From the NCBI GenBank assembly GCA_038213835.1, contig JBBQSN010000003.1:1-42977 (forward strand): a stretch of DNA of 42,977 nt, in the 5' to 3' direction. Below are positions 9,374-16,537 of this stretch, in pieces. The notes beneath the pieces are model-generated. The model was not told the origin of the DNA, did not search any database, and saw only the letters and a list, made by a program, of their open reading frames with translations. The translations under genes and the position numbers were made by a program. Within the stretch, counting starts at the first letter, position 1, and the number at the start of each line of letters is the position of its first letter. Origin of the DNA: Actinomycetales bacterium (lineage in GTDB: Bacteria > Actinomycetota > Actinomycetes > Actinomycetales > CAWJMD01).

Positions 9374-10066
9374 TCACACGACGGCAGCGGCGAACACGAC
9401 GACGTTGTCGCGGTAGTGGCCGGTGGAGGTGTCGAACTCGCCACCGCACGTGATGAGGCGCAGCGCAGGTCCAGGGACCGGTCCGTACACCGCCGCCGAG
9501 GGGAACTGGTCCTTCGGCACCTGCTCGAGGCGCTCGACCCGGAACGCGACCGTGCTGCCGTCGGCGCGATCGACCTCGATCAGGTCGCCGGCGACCAGGG
9601 TGTCGACCTCGGCGAAGACGGCTGGGCCGGAACGCGAGTCGACGTGCCCGAGGATCACGGCAGGACCGCGCCCACCGGGCGCCGGGCCCTGGGTGAACCA
9701 CCCGGCGAGGTCGTAGTCGGCCGGCACCTCGATCGTGCCGTCCGCGGCGACGCCGAGGTCGGTGAGGGCGGACTCGACGCCGATGCTGGGGATCCGCACC
9801 GTCGTCGGTGCCGCGACCGCCGCGTCCTGCCTCGTCTGCGGTGCCTGCGTCAACGGGGCCGCGGTCCCGAACGCCTCGACCGCCGACCCCGGTGCAGGGG
9901 TCGCTGGAGGTGCAGGGGTCGCTGTCGGTGCCGGTGCGGACTCCTGCACGACCGAGGCGGCCGCGGTGTCGGAGGGCTCCGCGCAGCCCGTCAGGAGCAC
10001 GCCGGCGGCGAGCGCCGACAGACCTGCTCTCCCGACGTGGCGGGACGCGCGGGTTCCCCGGGTCAC
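9374..10066 (-). CDS. Class F sortase, predicted lipoprotein
   Basis: GTGA-coupled start, lipobox VLLTGC and Pro/Thr linker. Catalytic motifs VRIPSIGV, AVILGHVDS and LRLITCGGEFD...HYRDN. Confidence 0.93.
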   Translation of the reverse strand: MTRGTRASRHVGRAGLSALAAGVLLTGCAEPSDTAAASVVQESAPAPTATPAPPATPAPGSAVEAFGTAAPLTQAPQTRQDAAVAAPTTVRIPSIGVESALTDLGVAADGTIEVPADYDLAGWFTQGPAPGGRGPAVILGHVDSRSGPAVFAEVDTLVAGDLIEVDRADGSTVAFRVERLEQVPKDQFPSAAVYGPVPGPALRLITCGGEFDTSTGHYRDNVVVFAAAVV

Positions 10067-11010
10067 CGCACCGGCGCCGCGGGGGTGCGACGCGTGCGCT
10101 GCAGGAGGAGCCACCCGGCGACCAGCAGGGCGCCGCCCCCGGCGAGCGCGAGGGACGACCCGGTGGACCCCGTGGCCGCAGCCAGCCCCCCGCCGCCGGT
10201 CTGCGCGCCGCCGACCGGCATCGCGCCGGAGCCGGAGGCGTCGACGACGGGCGCGATGGTCAGGCCGGCGCTGGAGTCCAGGACGAGCAGGGTGTAGACG
10301 GCGCCGCCGGCCAGGTCGAGGTCGGTGCCGGCGACGGTGCCGCCCATCGAGCTGGCCTGCAGGGTCCAGGAGCCGGACGGGACCGTCGCGTACTCGGTGA
10401 CGCGGCCGAAGGCGGCCGCGGTGGCCACGACGGGTCCGTCCACGGCCTGGACGTCGACGGTGGGGGCGGAGGACGCGGCTGGCAGCACCCGGATCCGGGC
10501 GGCACCGCCCACGGGCGGCGTGAGGTCGTCGCGCAGCGTGGTGACGGTCGGCTCCTGCTTGGTGCCGAGGCCCGCGACGGTGTAGGCCGAGCCCTCGATG
10601 GCGTCCAGCGTGCCGGTCAGGATCGGGGCGGCGCCCTGCGCGCTCCCGGCCGGCCACACGCCGACGGCGTAGCGCCCGGGCTCCACCGTCAGGTAGTCAC
10701 CGACGTCGCCGTAGGACGCGGTGGGGGCCAGCACGATCGCGTCACCGAGGTCGGCCGTCCCCGCGCCGGACACCGGCGACAGCGCCAGCGTCATCGTCCC
10801 GAGGCCCGGTACCAGGTGCGCTCCACGCACCCACGCTCCCGCGGAGGCGCCCGAGGATCCCGGGGACGCAGCCGCAGCCGGACCGACCAGCAGCGTCGGG
10901 GTCCCCAGGGCGAGCAGGGCGGCGGTCAGCAGGCCGGCGAGCCGGCGACCGGTCTGACGGGTCTGACGGGTCTGACGGATCACGGTGCGATCGGGATGTG
11001 CGGCAGGCAC
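10063..11010 (-). CDS. DUF4397-domain surface protein with class F sortase-type sorting signal
   Basis: Signal peptide, then two DUF4397-like repeats (WVRGAHLVPG...YGDVGDYL and ARIRVL...APTVDV...FGRVTEY). C-terminus is MPVGGAQTGGGG + TM + RTRR tail. Start uncertain (GTG 11010 after GGAGAG). Confidence 0.85.
   Translation of the reverse strand: MPAAHPDRTVIRQTRQTRQTGRRLAGLLTAALLALGTPTLLVGPAAAASPGSSGASAGAWVRGAHLVPGLGTMTLALSPVSGAGTADLGDAIVLAPTASYGDVGDYLTVEPGRYAVGVWPAGSAQGAAPILTGTLDAIEGSAYTVAGLGTKQEPTVTTLRDDLTPPVGGAARIRVLPAASSAPTVDVQAVDGPVVATAAAFGRVTEYATVPSGSWTLQASSMGGTVAGTDLDLAGGAVYTLLVLDSSAGLTIAPVVDASGSGAMPVGGAQTGGGGLAAATGSTGSSLALAGGGALLVAGWLLLQRTRRTPAAPVR
10951..10977. repeat. Perfect 9-bp tandem repeat x3 (GGTCTGACG)
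   Basis: Read directly; encodes RQT-RQT-RQT in the signal-peptide n-region. Confidence 0.9.
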
Positions 11011-11191
11011 GGCTCTCCAGAGGATCGACAGTCGGGGACGGCTCCGGTCACGTTGCGGGACCGGCGCCGACGAGGCGCTCGGTCGCGACGGTGCGACCTG
11101 GTGCTCGACGCGTCCACCCGACGTCGTCGAGAACCATCGGAACACCTCGACGCCCGGGGTGCCAGCCAGGTGGCGACGCTCGGTAGAGGTT

Positions 11192-11207
11192 GCACCCGAT
11201 CGGACCA
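11192..11207 (-). promoter_or_regulatory. BldM/WhiI-like operator
   Basis: TGGTCCGATCGGGTGC versus the recalled Streptomyces consensus TGnnCCGnnCGGGTGA; one mismatch. Confidence 0.35.
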
Positions 11208-11263
11208 GCACCGTCCCACGGTTCGAGAACGAGGGTCGTCGGCCGTTGGTGTCCACGCTCACG

Positions 11264-11290
11264 ATTCGTGGCGGTCACCGCCACGGATGG
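11264..11290 (-). promoter_or_regulatory. SigK/ECF19-like promoter with palindromic spacer, upstream of the DUF4397-sortase operon
   Basis: CCATCC-N15-ACGAAT. The spacer lies within the inverted repeat CGTGGCGGT-C-ACCGCCACG (11267-11285). Confidence 0.55.
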
Positions 11291-11298
11291 GTCTGGTC

Positions 11299-12240
11299 TC
11301 AGCCGGCGGCCGGTTCCGACTTCTGCGTGGCGGGGTCGCGCAGGTCCGGCTCGAGGTAGATCACCCTGGCGATGGGCACCGCCACGCGGACCCGACGCTC
11401 GGCGGCGTCGATGGCGTCGGCGACCTGGGAGCCGGTCGAGTCGGCGTGCACCGCGATCTTGGCGGCCACGAGCAGCTCCTCCGGACCCAGGTGCAGCGTC
11501 TTCATGTGGATGATGCCCTCGACGCCCTCGCCCGGCAGGGCCGCCTCGATCGCCCGGACGTTCTCGACCGTGGCGCTCTCGCCCAGCAGCAGCGACTTCA
11601 TCTCGATCGCCAGGACGGCGGCGATGACGATGAGCAGCAGGCCGATCGAGGCGGTGCCGGCCGCGTCCCACAGCCCGTTTCCGGTGATCAGGGTCATGCC
11701 CACGCCGACCAGCGCCAGGACCAGGCCCACCAGGGCACCCAGGTCCTCCAGCAGGATGACGGGGAGCTCGGGCTCCTTGGCGGTGCGGACGAAGGCCTTC
11801 CACGACTGGCCCCCGCGGACGTGGTTCGACTCGACGATCGCGGTGCGGAACGAGAACGACTCCATCACGATCGCGGCGACCAGCACCACGACCGGCACCC
11901 ACTGCCAGGCGTCGATCGGGTGCGGGTCCTGGAACTTGTGCCAGGCCTCGTAGAGGGCGAACAGGCCACCGACGCTGAACAGCACGATCGCGACGATGAA
12001 CGCGTAGACGTAGCGCTCGCGGCCGTAGCCGAACGGGTGCTCCGGGGTCGCGGCGCGGCGGGCACGCTTGCCGCCCACGAGCAGCAGCACCTGGTTGCCC
12101 GAGTCGGCCACCGAGTGGATCGCCTCGGCCAGCATCGACGAGGACCCCGTCAACGCCCACGCGATGAATTTGGTCACCGCGATCCCGATATTGGCCACCA
12201 GGGCCGCCACGATCGCCTTGGTCCCACCACTGCTCGCCAT
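11299..12240 (-). CDS. Cation diffusion facilitator (CDF) family transporter
   Basis: AEAIHSVAD, HPFGYGRERY, EDLGALVG and IYLEPD motifs. A -10 TAGGGT lies 7 nt before the ATG (leaderless). Confidence 0.95.
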   Translation of the reverse strand: MASSGGTKAIVAALVANIGIAVTKFIAWALTGSSSMLAEAIHSVADSGNQVLLLVGGKRARRAATPEHPFGYGRERYVYAFIVAIVLFSVGGLFALYEAWHKFQDPHPIDAWQWVPVVVLVAAIVMESFSFRTAIVESNHVRGGQSWKAFVRTAKEPELPVILLEDLGALVGLVLALVGVGMTLITGNGLWDAAGTASIGLLLIVIAAVLAIEMKSLLLGESATVENVRAIEAALPGEGVEGIIHMKTLHLGPEELLVAAKIAVHADSTGSQVADAIDAAERRVRVAVPIARVIYLEPDLRDPATQKSEPAAG

Positions 12241-12270
12241 GACCACGACCCTAGGGGAGCGGGGGCCGGC

Positions 12271-13455
12271 TCAGCGCAACGAGTCGCGCAGCTCCGCCAC
12301 GTGCGGCGAGGTCGCCGGGTCCAGACCGGTGGCCAGGGCGAGGTAGGTGGCGGCGAAGTCGACCCGGGCCACGACCCGCGCGAACCGCTGCATCGGCGTC
12401 TCGGCCGGTCCGCGGACCCCGCTCTCGAGGTCGTCGCCCAGCTCGGTGTGGGCCCGGACCTGGCTCACCCTCACCCCGGAGCGCTCGGCCAGGTCGCGCA
12501 CCGCTCCGAACCCGATGCCGTCCCCGACGTCGAGCAGCAGCAGCCGCAGCCGGGTCGCGGCCGGGCCGTCCAGGAACGGGTCGCTGAACACCTCGTCGGA
12601 GGCGTCGGACGCGAACGGGCCGCCGAAGGTGGCCACCACGTCCCCGGCGTCGTCCGGGAGCATCCCGTGCACCGCGGGGACCCGGGCGGTGCGGGCCAGC
12701 ACCGAGGCGGCGCGGCGACCGGCGACGCCGGCCAGCGGGCTGTCACCGAGGATGACGGGCACCGAGCCGTCGACCTCGGTCGCGAGCGCCTTGGCCGGGT
12801 TCACGAACGACTCCGACGACGGACGGCAGGCCTCCGCCTCGGCGTCGAGGGCGTCGGCGACCGCCGCGAGGTCGTGCTCTCCCCCGGACGCGTCGGCGGG
12901 CAGCAGCCCGAGCCGGTCGCACGCGAGCAGCGGGCCGGTGAGCAGGGACCACAGTGCCGTGCGGGAGGTCGGGGTGGTGGCCGCGGACCGGTCGACCGGC
13001 AGCGGCACGTGCGCCCCCCGGAACCGCTGGCTGACGTGCTCCAGCGGCGAACCGGTCGCCCCGACGGTGAGCAGCTGCGACCCTCGGCGACCCGCCTCCG
13101 TGGCGACCGCGACGGCGCCCTCGGCACGGCCGGACAGCGAGATCGCGACCACGACGTCCATCGACCCCACCCAGGACGGCAGCCGCGAGCCGGACAGCGC
13201 GATGACCGGGACCGGCCCGGCCCCCCCGACCACGGCGGCGAGGGCGTCGCCGACCACCGCCGCTCCCCCGCGGGCGGCGACGACGACGGCCCGAGGACGT
13301 CCGCCGTCGGCCCACGACGAGGGCAGCGCCTCCTGGGTGAGCGCGAGCGCCTGGCGCACCTGCGCCCCCGCACCGGCGAGCGAGCGCAGCACCGACCGCG
13401 GGTCGGCCGCCTCGAGGGCGAAGGGGTCGTCCAGCAGCTGCTCGTCCAGGGCCAT
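12271..13455 (-). CDS. SIS-domain protein, bifunctional phosphoglucose/phosphomannose isomerase-like (TobH/Rv3256c family)
   Basis: RSLAGAGAQVR, RPRAVVV, SLSG, SRTALW, NPAKALA and DFAATYLAL motifs; conserved position downstream of manB. Confidence 0.85.
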   Translation of the reverse strand: MALDEQLLDDPFALEAADPRSVLRSLAGAGAQVRQALALTQEALPSSWADGGRPRAVVVAARGGAAVVGDALAAVVGGAGPVPVIALSGSRLPSWVGSMDVVVAISLSGRAEGAVAVATEAGRRGSQLLTVGATGSPLEHVSQRFRGAHVPLPVDRSAATTPTSRTALWSLLTGPLLACDRLGLLPADASGGEHDLAAVADALDAEAEACRPSSESFVNPAKALATEVDGSVPVILGDSPLAGVAGRRAASVLARTARVPAVHGMLPDDAGDVVATFGGPFASDASDEVFSDPFLDGPAATRLRLLLLDVGDGIGFGAVRDLAERSGVRVSQVRAHTELGDDLESGVRGPAETPMQRFARVVARVDFAATYLALATGLDPATSPHVAELRDSLR

Positions 13456-13457
13456 GA

Positions 13458-13673
13458 TCAGTCCTGCGGCCGGCGGGCCTCGTCGACGACGTCCCCACGG
13501 GCCTCGTCGACCAGGAGCACCGGGACGCCGTCGTCGACGCGGTACGCCAGGCCGCACGCCGGGCCGGTGCAGACCAGCTCGGGGCCACCCGTCGGACCCG
13601 TGCCGTCGTCGAGGTCGCAGCGGCACCGCGGGCAGCGCAGGATCTCGCGCAGCCAGGGCTCGATCGTCGTCAT
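13458..13673 (-). CDS. Trm112 family protein
   Basis: LREILRCPRC...ELVC...YRVDDGVPVLLVDEA; ATGA overlap with the manB stop. Confidence 0.9.
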   Translation of the reverse strand: MTTIEPWLREILRCPRCRCDLDDGTGPTGGPELVCTGPACGLAYRVDDGVPVLLVDEARGDVVDEARRPQD

Positions 13674-15100
13674 CGCGCGTCCTTCCTCACCAGCGCGAGC
13701 ACCTCGTCGCGCACCGCCGTCATCGTGGCACGGTCGGCAGCCTCGACGTTGAGCCGCAGCAGCGGCTCGGTGTTGGAGCCTCGCAGGTTGAACCACCACA
13801 TCGGGCCGGGTGGGGAGGTGTGCACGGGAGTGCCCGTGACGGTGACGCCGTCCAGCTCGTCGAAGGCCCCGCGGTCGGCGAACGCGACCCGCACCCGCGC
13901 GACGGCCGCGGGGACGTCCTCGACCCTGGAGTTGATCTCACCGCTGCTGACGTAGCGCTCGTACCGCTCCATGATCTGCGAGAACGGCACGGACGACTCC
14001 TGCAGGGCGGCGAGCACGTGCAACGCGGCGAGCATGCCGGTGTCGGCGCCCCAGAACTCGCGGAAGTAGTAGTGCGCCGAGTGCTCGCCACCAAACACGG
14101 CTCCGCTGGTGGCCATCTCGCCCTTGATGTAGCTGTGGCCGACCCGGGTGCGCAGCGCCGTGGCCCCGGCCTCCTCGATCAGCTCGGGCACCGCCAGCGA
14201 GGTGATGAGGTTGTGGATGACGACCGGCTCGCGGCCCGCCGCCTGCTCCTTGGCGATCTCCCGGACGGCCACCAGCGCCGTGACGGCGCTGGGGCTGACC
14301 GGCTCGCCGCGCTCGTCGACGACGAAGCAGCGGTCCGCGTCGCCGTCGAAGGCCAGCCCGATGTCGGCACCGTGCTCGAGCACGGCAGCCTGCAGGTCGC
14401 GCAGGTTCTCCGGCTCCAGCGGGTTCGCCTCGTGGTTCGGGAAGGTGCCGTCCAGCTCGAAGTAGAGCGGCACCACGGTCAACGGCAGCGGCTCCAGGCC
14501 CGAGGCCCGCCCGAGGACGGCGGGGACGGTGTGCCCGGCCATCCCGTTGCCGGCGTCGACGACGACCTTGAGCCGGCGGCCGCCGGACAGGTCGACCAGA
14601 CCGCGCAGGTGCTCGGCGTAGCCGCGCAGCACATCGCGGTCCACGCGAGCGCCGGTGCGGGCGGTGGGCGGCACGCCGTCGGCGAGGTAGCGCTCGGCGC
14701 GCTCGCGCACGGCGGTCAGGCCGGTGTCCTGCCCGACGGCACGGGCGCCGGGGCGGCAGAGCTTGATCCCGTTGTAGCGGGCCGGGTTGTGGCTGGCCGT
14801 GAACATCGCGCCGGGGCAGTCCATCGAGCCGCTGGCGTAGTACAGACCGTCGGTGGACGCCAGTCCCACGACCACGACGTCGACGCCGCGGGCGGCCACG
14901 CCGCCGGCGAAGGCGTCGACCAGGGACGGCGAGGAGGGGCGCATGTCGTGCCCGATGACGAACGGCCGGCCCTTGACGCCGAGCTCGTCGGCGCAGGCCG
15001 CACCCAGGGCCGCGGCGTGCTCGGTGCCCCACTCGTCCGGCACGACGCCACGGATGTCGTAGGCCTTGACGACGGTGCTGAGACCTCGGCGATCGCTCAT
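13670..15100 (-). CDS. manB: Phosphomannomutase/phosphoglucomutase
   Basis: KAYDIRG, TASHNP, FDGDADR, GGEHSAH and SNTEPLLRLNVE motifs. A -10 TACGCT lies 6 nt before ATG 15100. Confidence 0.97.
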   Translation of the reverse strand: MSDRRGLSTVVKAYDIRGVVPDEWGTEHAAALGAACADELGVKGRPFVIGHDMRPSSPSLVDAFAGGVAARGVDVVVVGLASTDGLYYASGSMDCPGAMFTASHNPARYNGIKLCRPGARAVGQDTGLTAVRERAERYLADGVPPTARTGARVDRDVLRGYAEHLRGLVDLSGGRRLKVVVDAGNGMAGHTVPAVLGRASGLEPLPLTVVPLYFELDGTFPNHEANPLEPENLRDLQAAVLEHGADIGLAFDGDADRCFVVDERGEPVSPSAVTALVAVREIAKEQAAGREPVVIHNLITSLAVPELIEEAGATALRTRVGHSYIKGEMATSGAVFGGEHSAHYYFREFWGADTGMLAALHVLAALQESSVPFSQIMERYERYVSSGEINSRVEDVPAAVARVRVAFADRGAFDELDGVTVTGTPVHTSPPGPMWWFNLRGSNTEPLLRLNVEAADRATMTAVRDEVLALVRKDAR

Positions 15101-15153
15101 CCCGGCAGCGTAGCCACGGGGCCCTTCGGCCTCGGACGGCGGCTCAGCAGGGG

Positions 15154-15417
15154 TCAGGCGGGCTTGCGGGTGTGGCCGAGGACGTCCTGGACGGACAGGA
15201 CGACGCCGTCGTGCTCCCAGCGACGGGCCTCGCAGCCGCGGCACGAGGTGAAGTCGACCGGGGTGCCGTCGGTCAGGCGCATCGCCAGCCGGGTCACGTG
15301 GGTCGAGCCGCAGGCGTGGCAGCTGCGCGAGCTGCGCACCTGGGTGAGGGAGCCCAGCGGGGCGGCGGGGACGGCGGTGCGGGTCCGGCGACGCGAGGCG
15401 GTGGCGGTGGCGGTCAT
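15154..15417 (-). CDS. Small hypothetical Zn-ribbon protein
   Basis: CHAC-x23-CRGC, G/C-ending codons, AGAGGG RBS-like sequence; fills the gap between manB and DUF3499. Confidence 0.75.
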   Translation of the reverse strand: MTATATASRRRTRTAVPAAPLGSLTQVRSSRSCHACGSTHVTRLAMRLTDGTPVDFTSCRGCEARRWEHDGVVLSVQDVLGHTRKPA

Positions 15418-15487
15418 CTGCGAGACACCCTCTTCGGACGATCACTGCGGCTGGAGCAGGGGACGAAGAAGTCATCGACTCCTCCCG

Positions 15488-15534
15488 CATTCGGCTGAAG
15501 CGTCACCAATTTGCTGTAGGCCATTCGGGTGAAG
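15488..15534. promoter_or_regulatory. 13-bp direct repeat pair CATTCGG(C/G)TGAAG, one copy within a BldM-like box
   Basis: Copies at 15488-15500 and 15522-15534 in an AT-richer intergenic patch; TAGGCCATTCGGGTGA at 15517-15532. Confidence 0.45.
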
Positions 15535-15632
15535 GTTCGGCGTGTCGTACCTCGTCCGGCCCAATACGCCCGGGATCTGGAACCTGGGCCTCACCAACCG
15601 TGACGGGCTCGGACCGCAGCGACCCGGGGACG

Positions 15633-16013
15633 TCAGCCGCGCGGGTCGCGCAGCACCCGCAGGTGGCCGCGGCGTCCGACCTCGACCGCGGTCCCGGCGG
15701 GGACCGGACCGGTCTGCTCGGCGCGCAGCGGGCGGGCCGACTCGCGGACGGCGTCGGCCAGCGCGAGGAGGTCGTCGTCGCTCGGCTGGTACTGCGTCTC
15801 GGACGGCGCCAGCCGCACGACCTCCCACCCGCGCGGGGCGGTGAGCCGCTGCGAGTGTGCTCCGCACAGGTCGTAGCAGTGCGGCTCGGCCACGGTCGCG
15901 AGCGGACCGAGCACCGCGGTGGAGTCGGAGTAGACGTAGGTCAGGGTGGCGACGGCGGGGTGCGGGCAGCCGCTGCGGCTGCAGCGACGGACTCCCGGGC
16001 GCACGGTGCTCAC
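15633..16013 (-). CDS. DUF3499 family protein (Rv3258c-like)
   Basis: RRCSRSGC..PAVATLTYVYSDSTAVLGPLA..EPHCYDLC..H...LTAPRGWEVVRL...DDLLALADAVRE...RRGHLRVL. A -10 TAGCGT lies 7 nt before the GTG. Confidence 0.93.
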   Translation of the reverse strand: MSTVRPGVRRCSRSGCPHPAVATLTYVYSDSTAVLGPLATVAEPHCYDLCGAHSQRLTAPRGWEVVRLAPSETQYQPSDDDLLALADAVRESARPLRAEQTGPVPAGTAVEVGRRGHLRVLRDPRG

Positions 16014-16097
16014 CCTGCGCACGCTAGTACCCGCCGGTCCCGTCCCGCCGCAGCGGCACGCGGGATCACCCGGGTCGCACCCGGATAGCGTGGGGCG

Positions 16098-16523
16098 GTG
16101 CCCGTCCGCCGCTCGCCCGCCCGTCGAGACCGACGCGGGCGTGGGGTGCGCGGCCAGCTGCTGCCCTCGGGCGTACCGGCCGCCCGGACCCGGTCCGAGC
16201 GTTTCGACGACCTGGTCCTGGACGCCGTGGACGCCCTGGCCCCCCGGTGGAACGAGCCGCTGACGCGGGTGGAGGTCGCGGTCGAGGACGTCCCGCCCGC
16301 CGACCCGTCGCCGTGGGAGGCCGGCGAGGTGCCGCTCGGTCGGGTCTTCCCGGCCGACCGCGGCCTCCCTGCCCGCGTGGTGCTGTACCGACGGCCGGTG
16401 GAGGCGCGCGCGCAGGGGTCGGTGGACCTGGCCGACCTGGTGCGCACCGTGGTGGTCGAGCAGCTGGCGCACGTGCTGGGTGTGAGCCCGCGCGAGCTGG
16501 ACCCGGGGTACGAGGGCGACTGA
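16098..16523 (+). CDS. Zincin-like metallopeptidase family protein (Zincin_1 / Rv3259-like)
   Basis: RRDRRGRGVRG, FDDLVLD, VEVAVEDVP, VVLYRRPVE and VVEQLAH motifs. A -10 TAGCGT lies 6 nt before the GTG. Confidence 0.9.
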   Translation: MPVRRSPARRDRRGRGVRGQLLPSGVPAARTRSERFDDLVLDAVDALAPRWNEPLTRVEVAVEDVPPADPSPWEAGEVPLGRVFPADRGLPARVVLYRRPVEARAQGSVDLADLVRTVVVEQLAHVLGVSPRELDPGYEGD

Positions 16524-16537
16524 GGCTGCGGTCGGTG

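Noticed and set aside
11011-11262. 84-codon N-terminal extension of the DUF4397 gene
   Set aside because: It would bury the signal peptide and overlaps regulatory motifs. Not fully excluded, because the frame is open from just after the promoter.
9808-15532. Very long + strand ORFs (9808-13752, 12347-15532)
   Set aside because: Antisense shadows of well-supported minus-strand genes; composition is R/G/A/S-rich with no motifs, as expected at this GC content.
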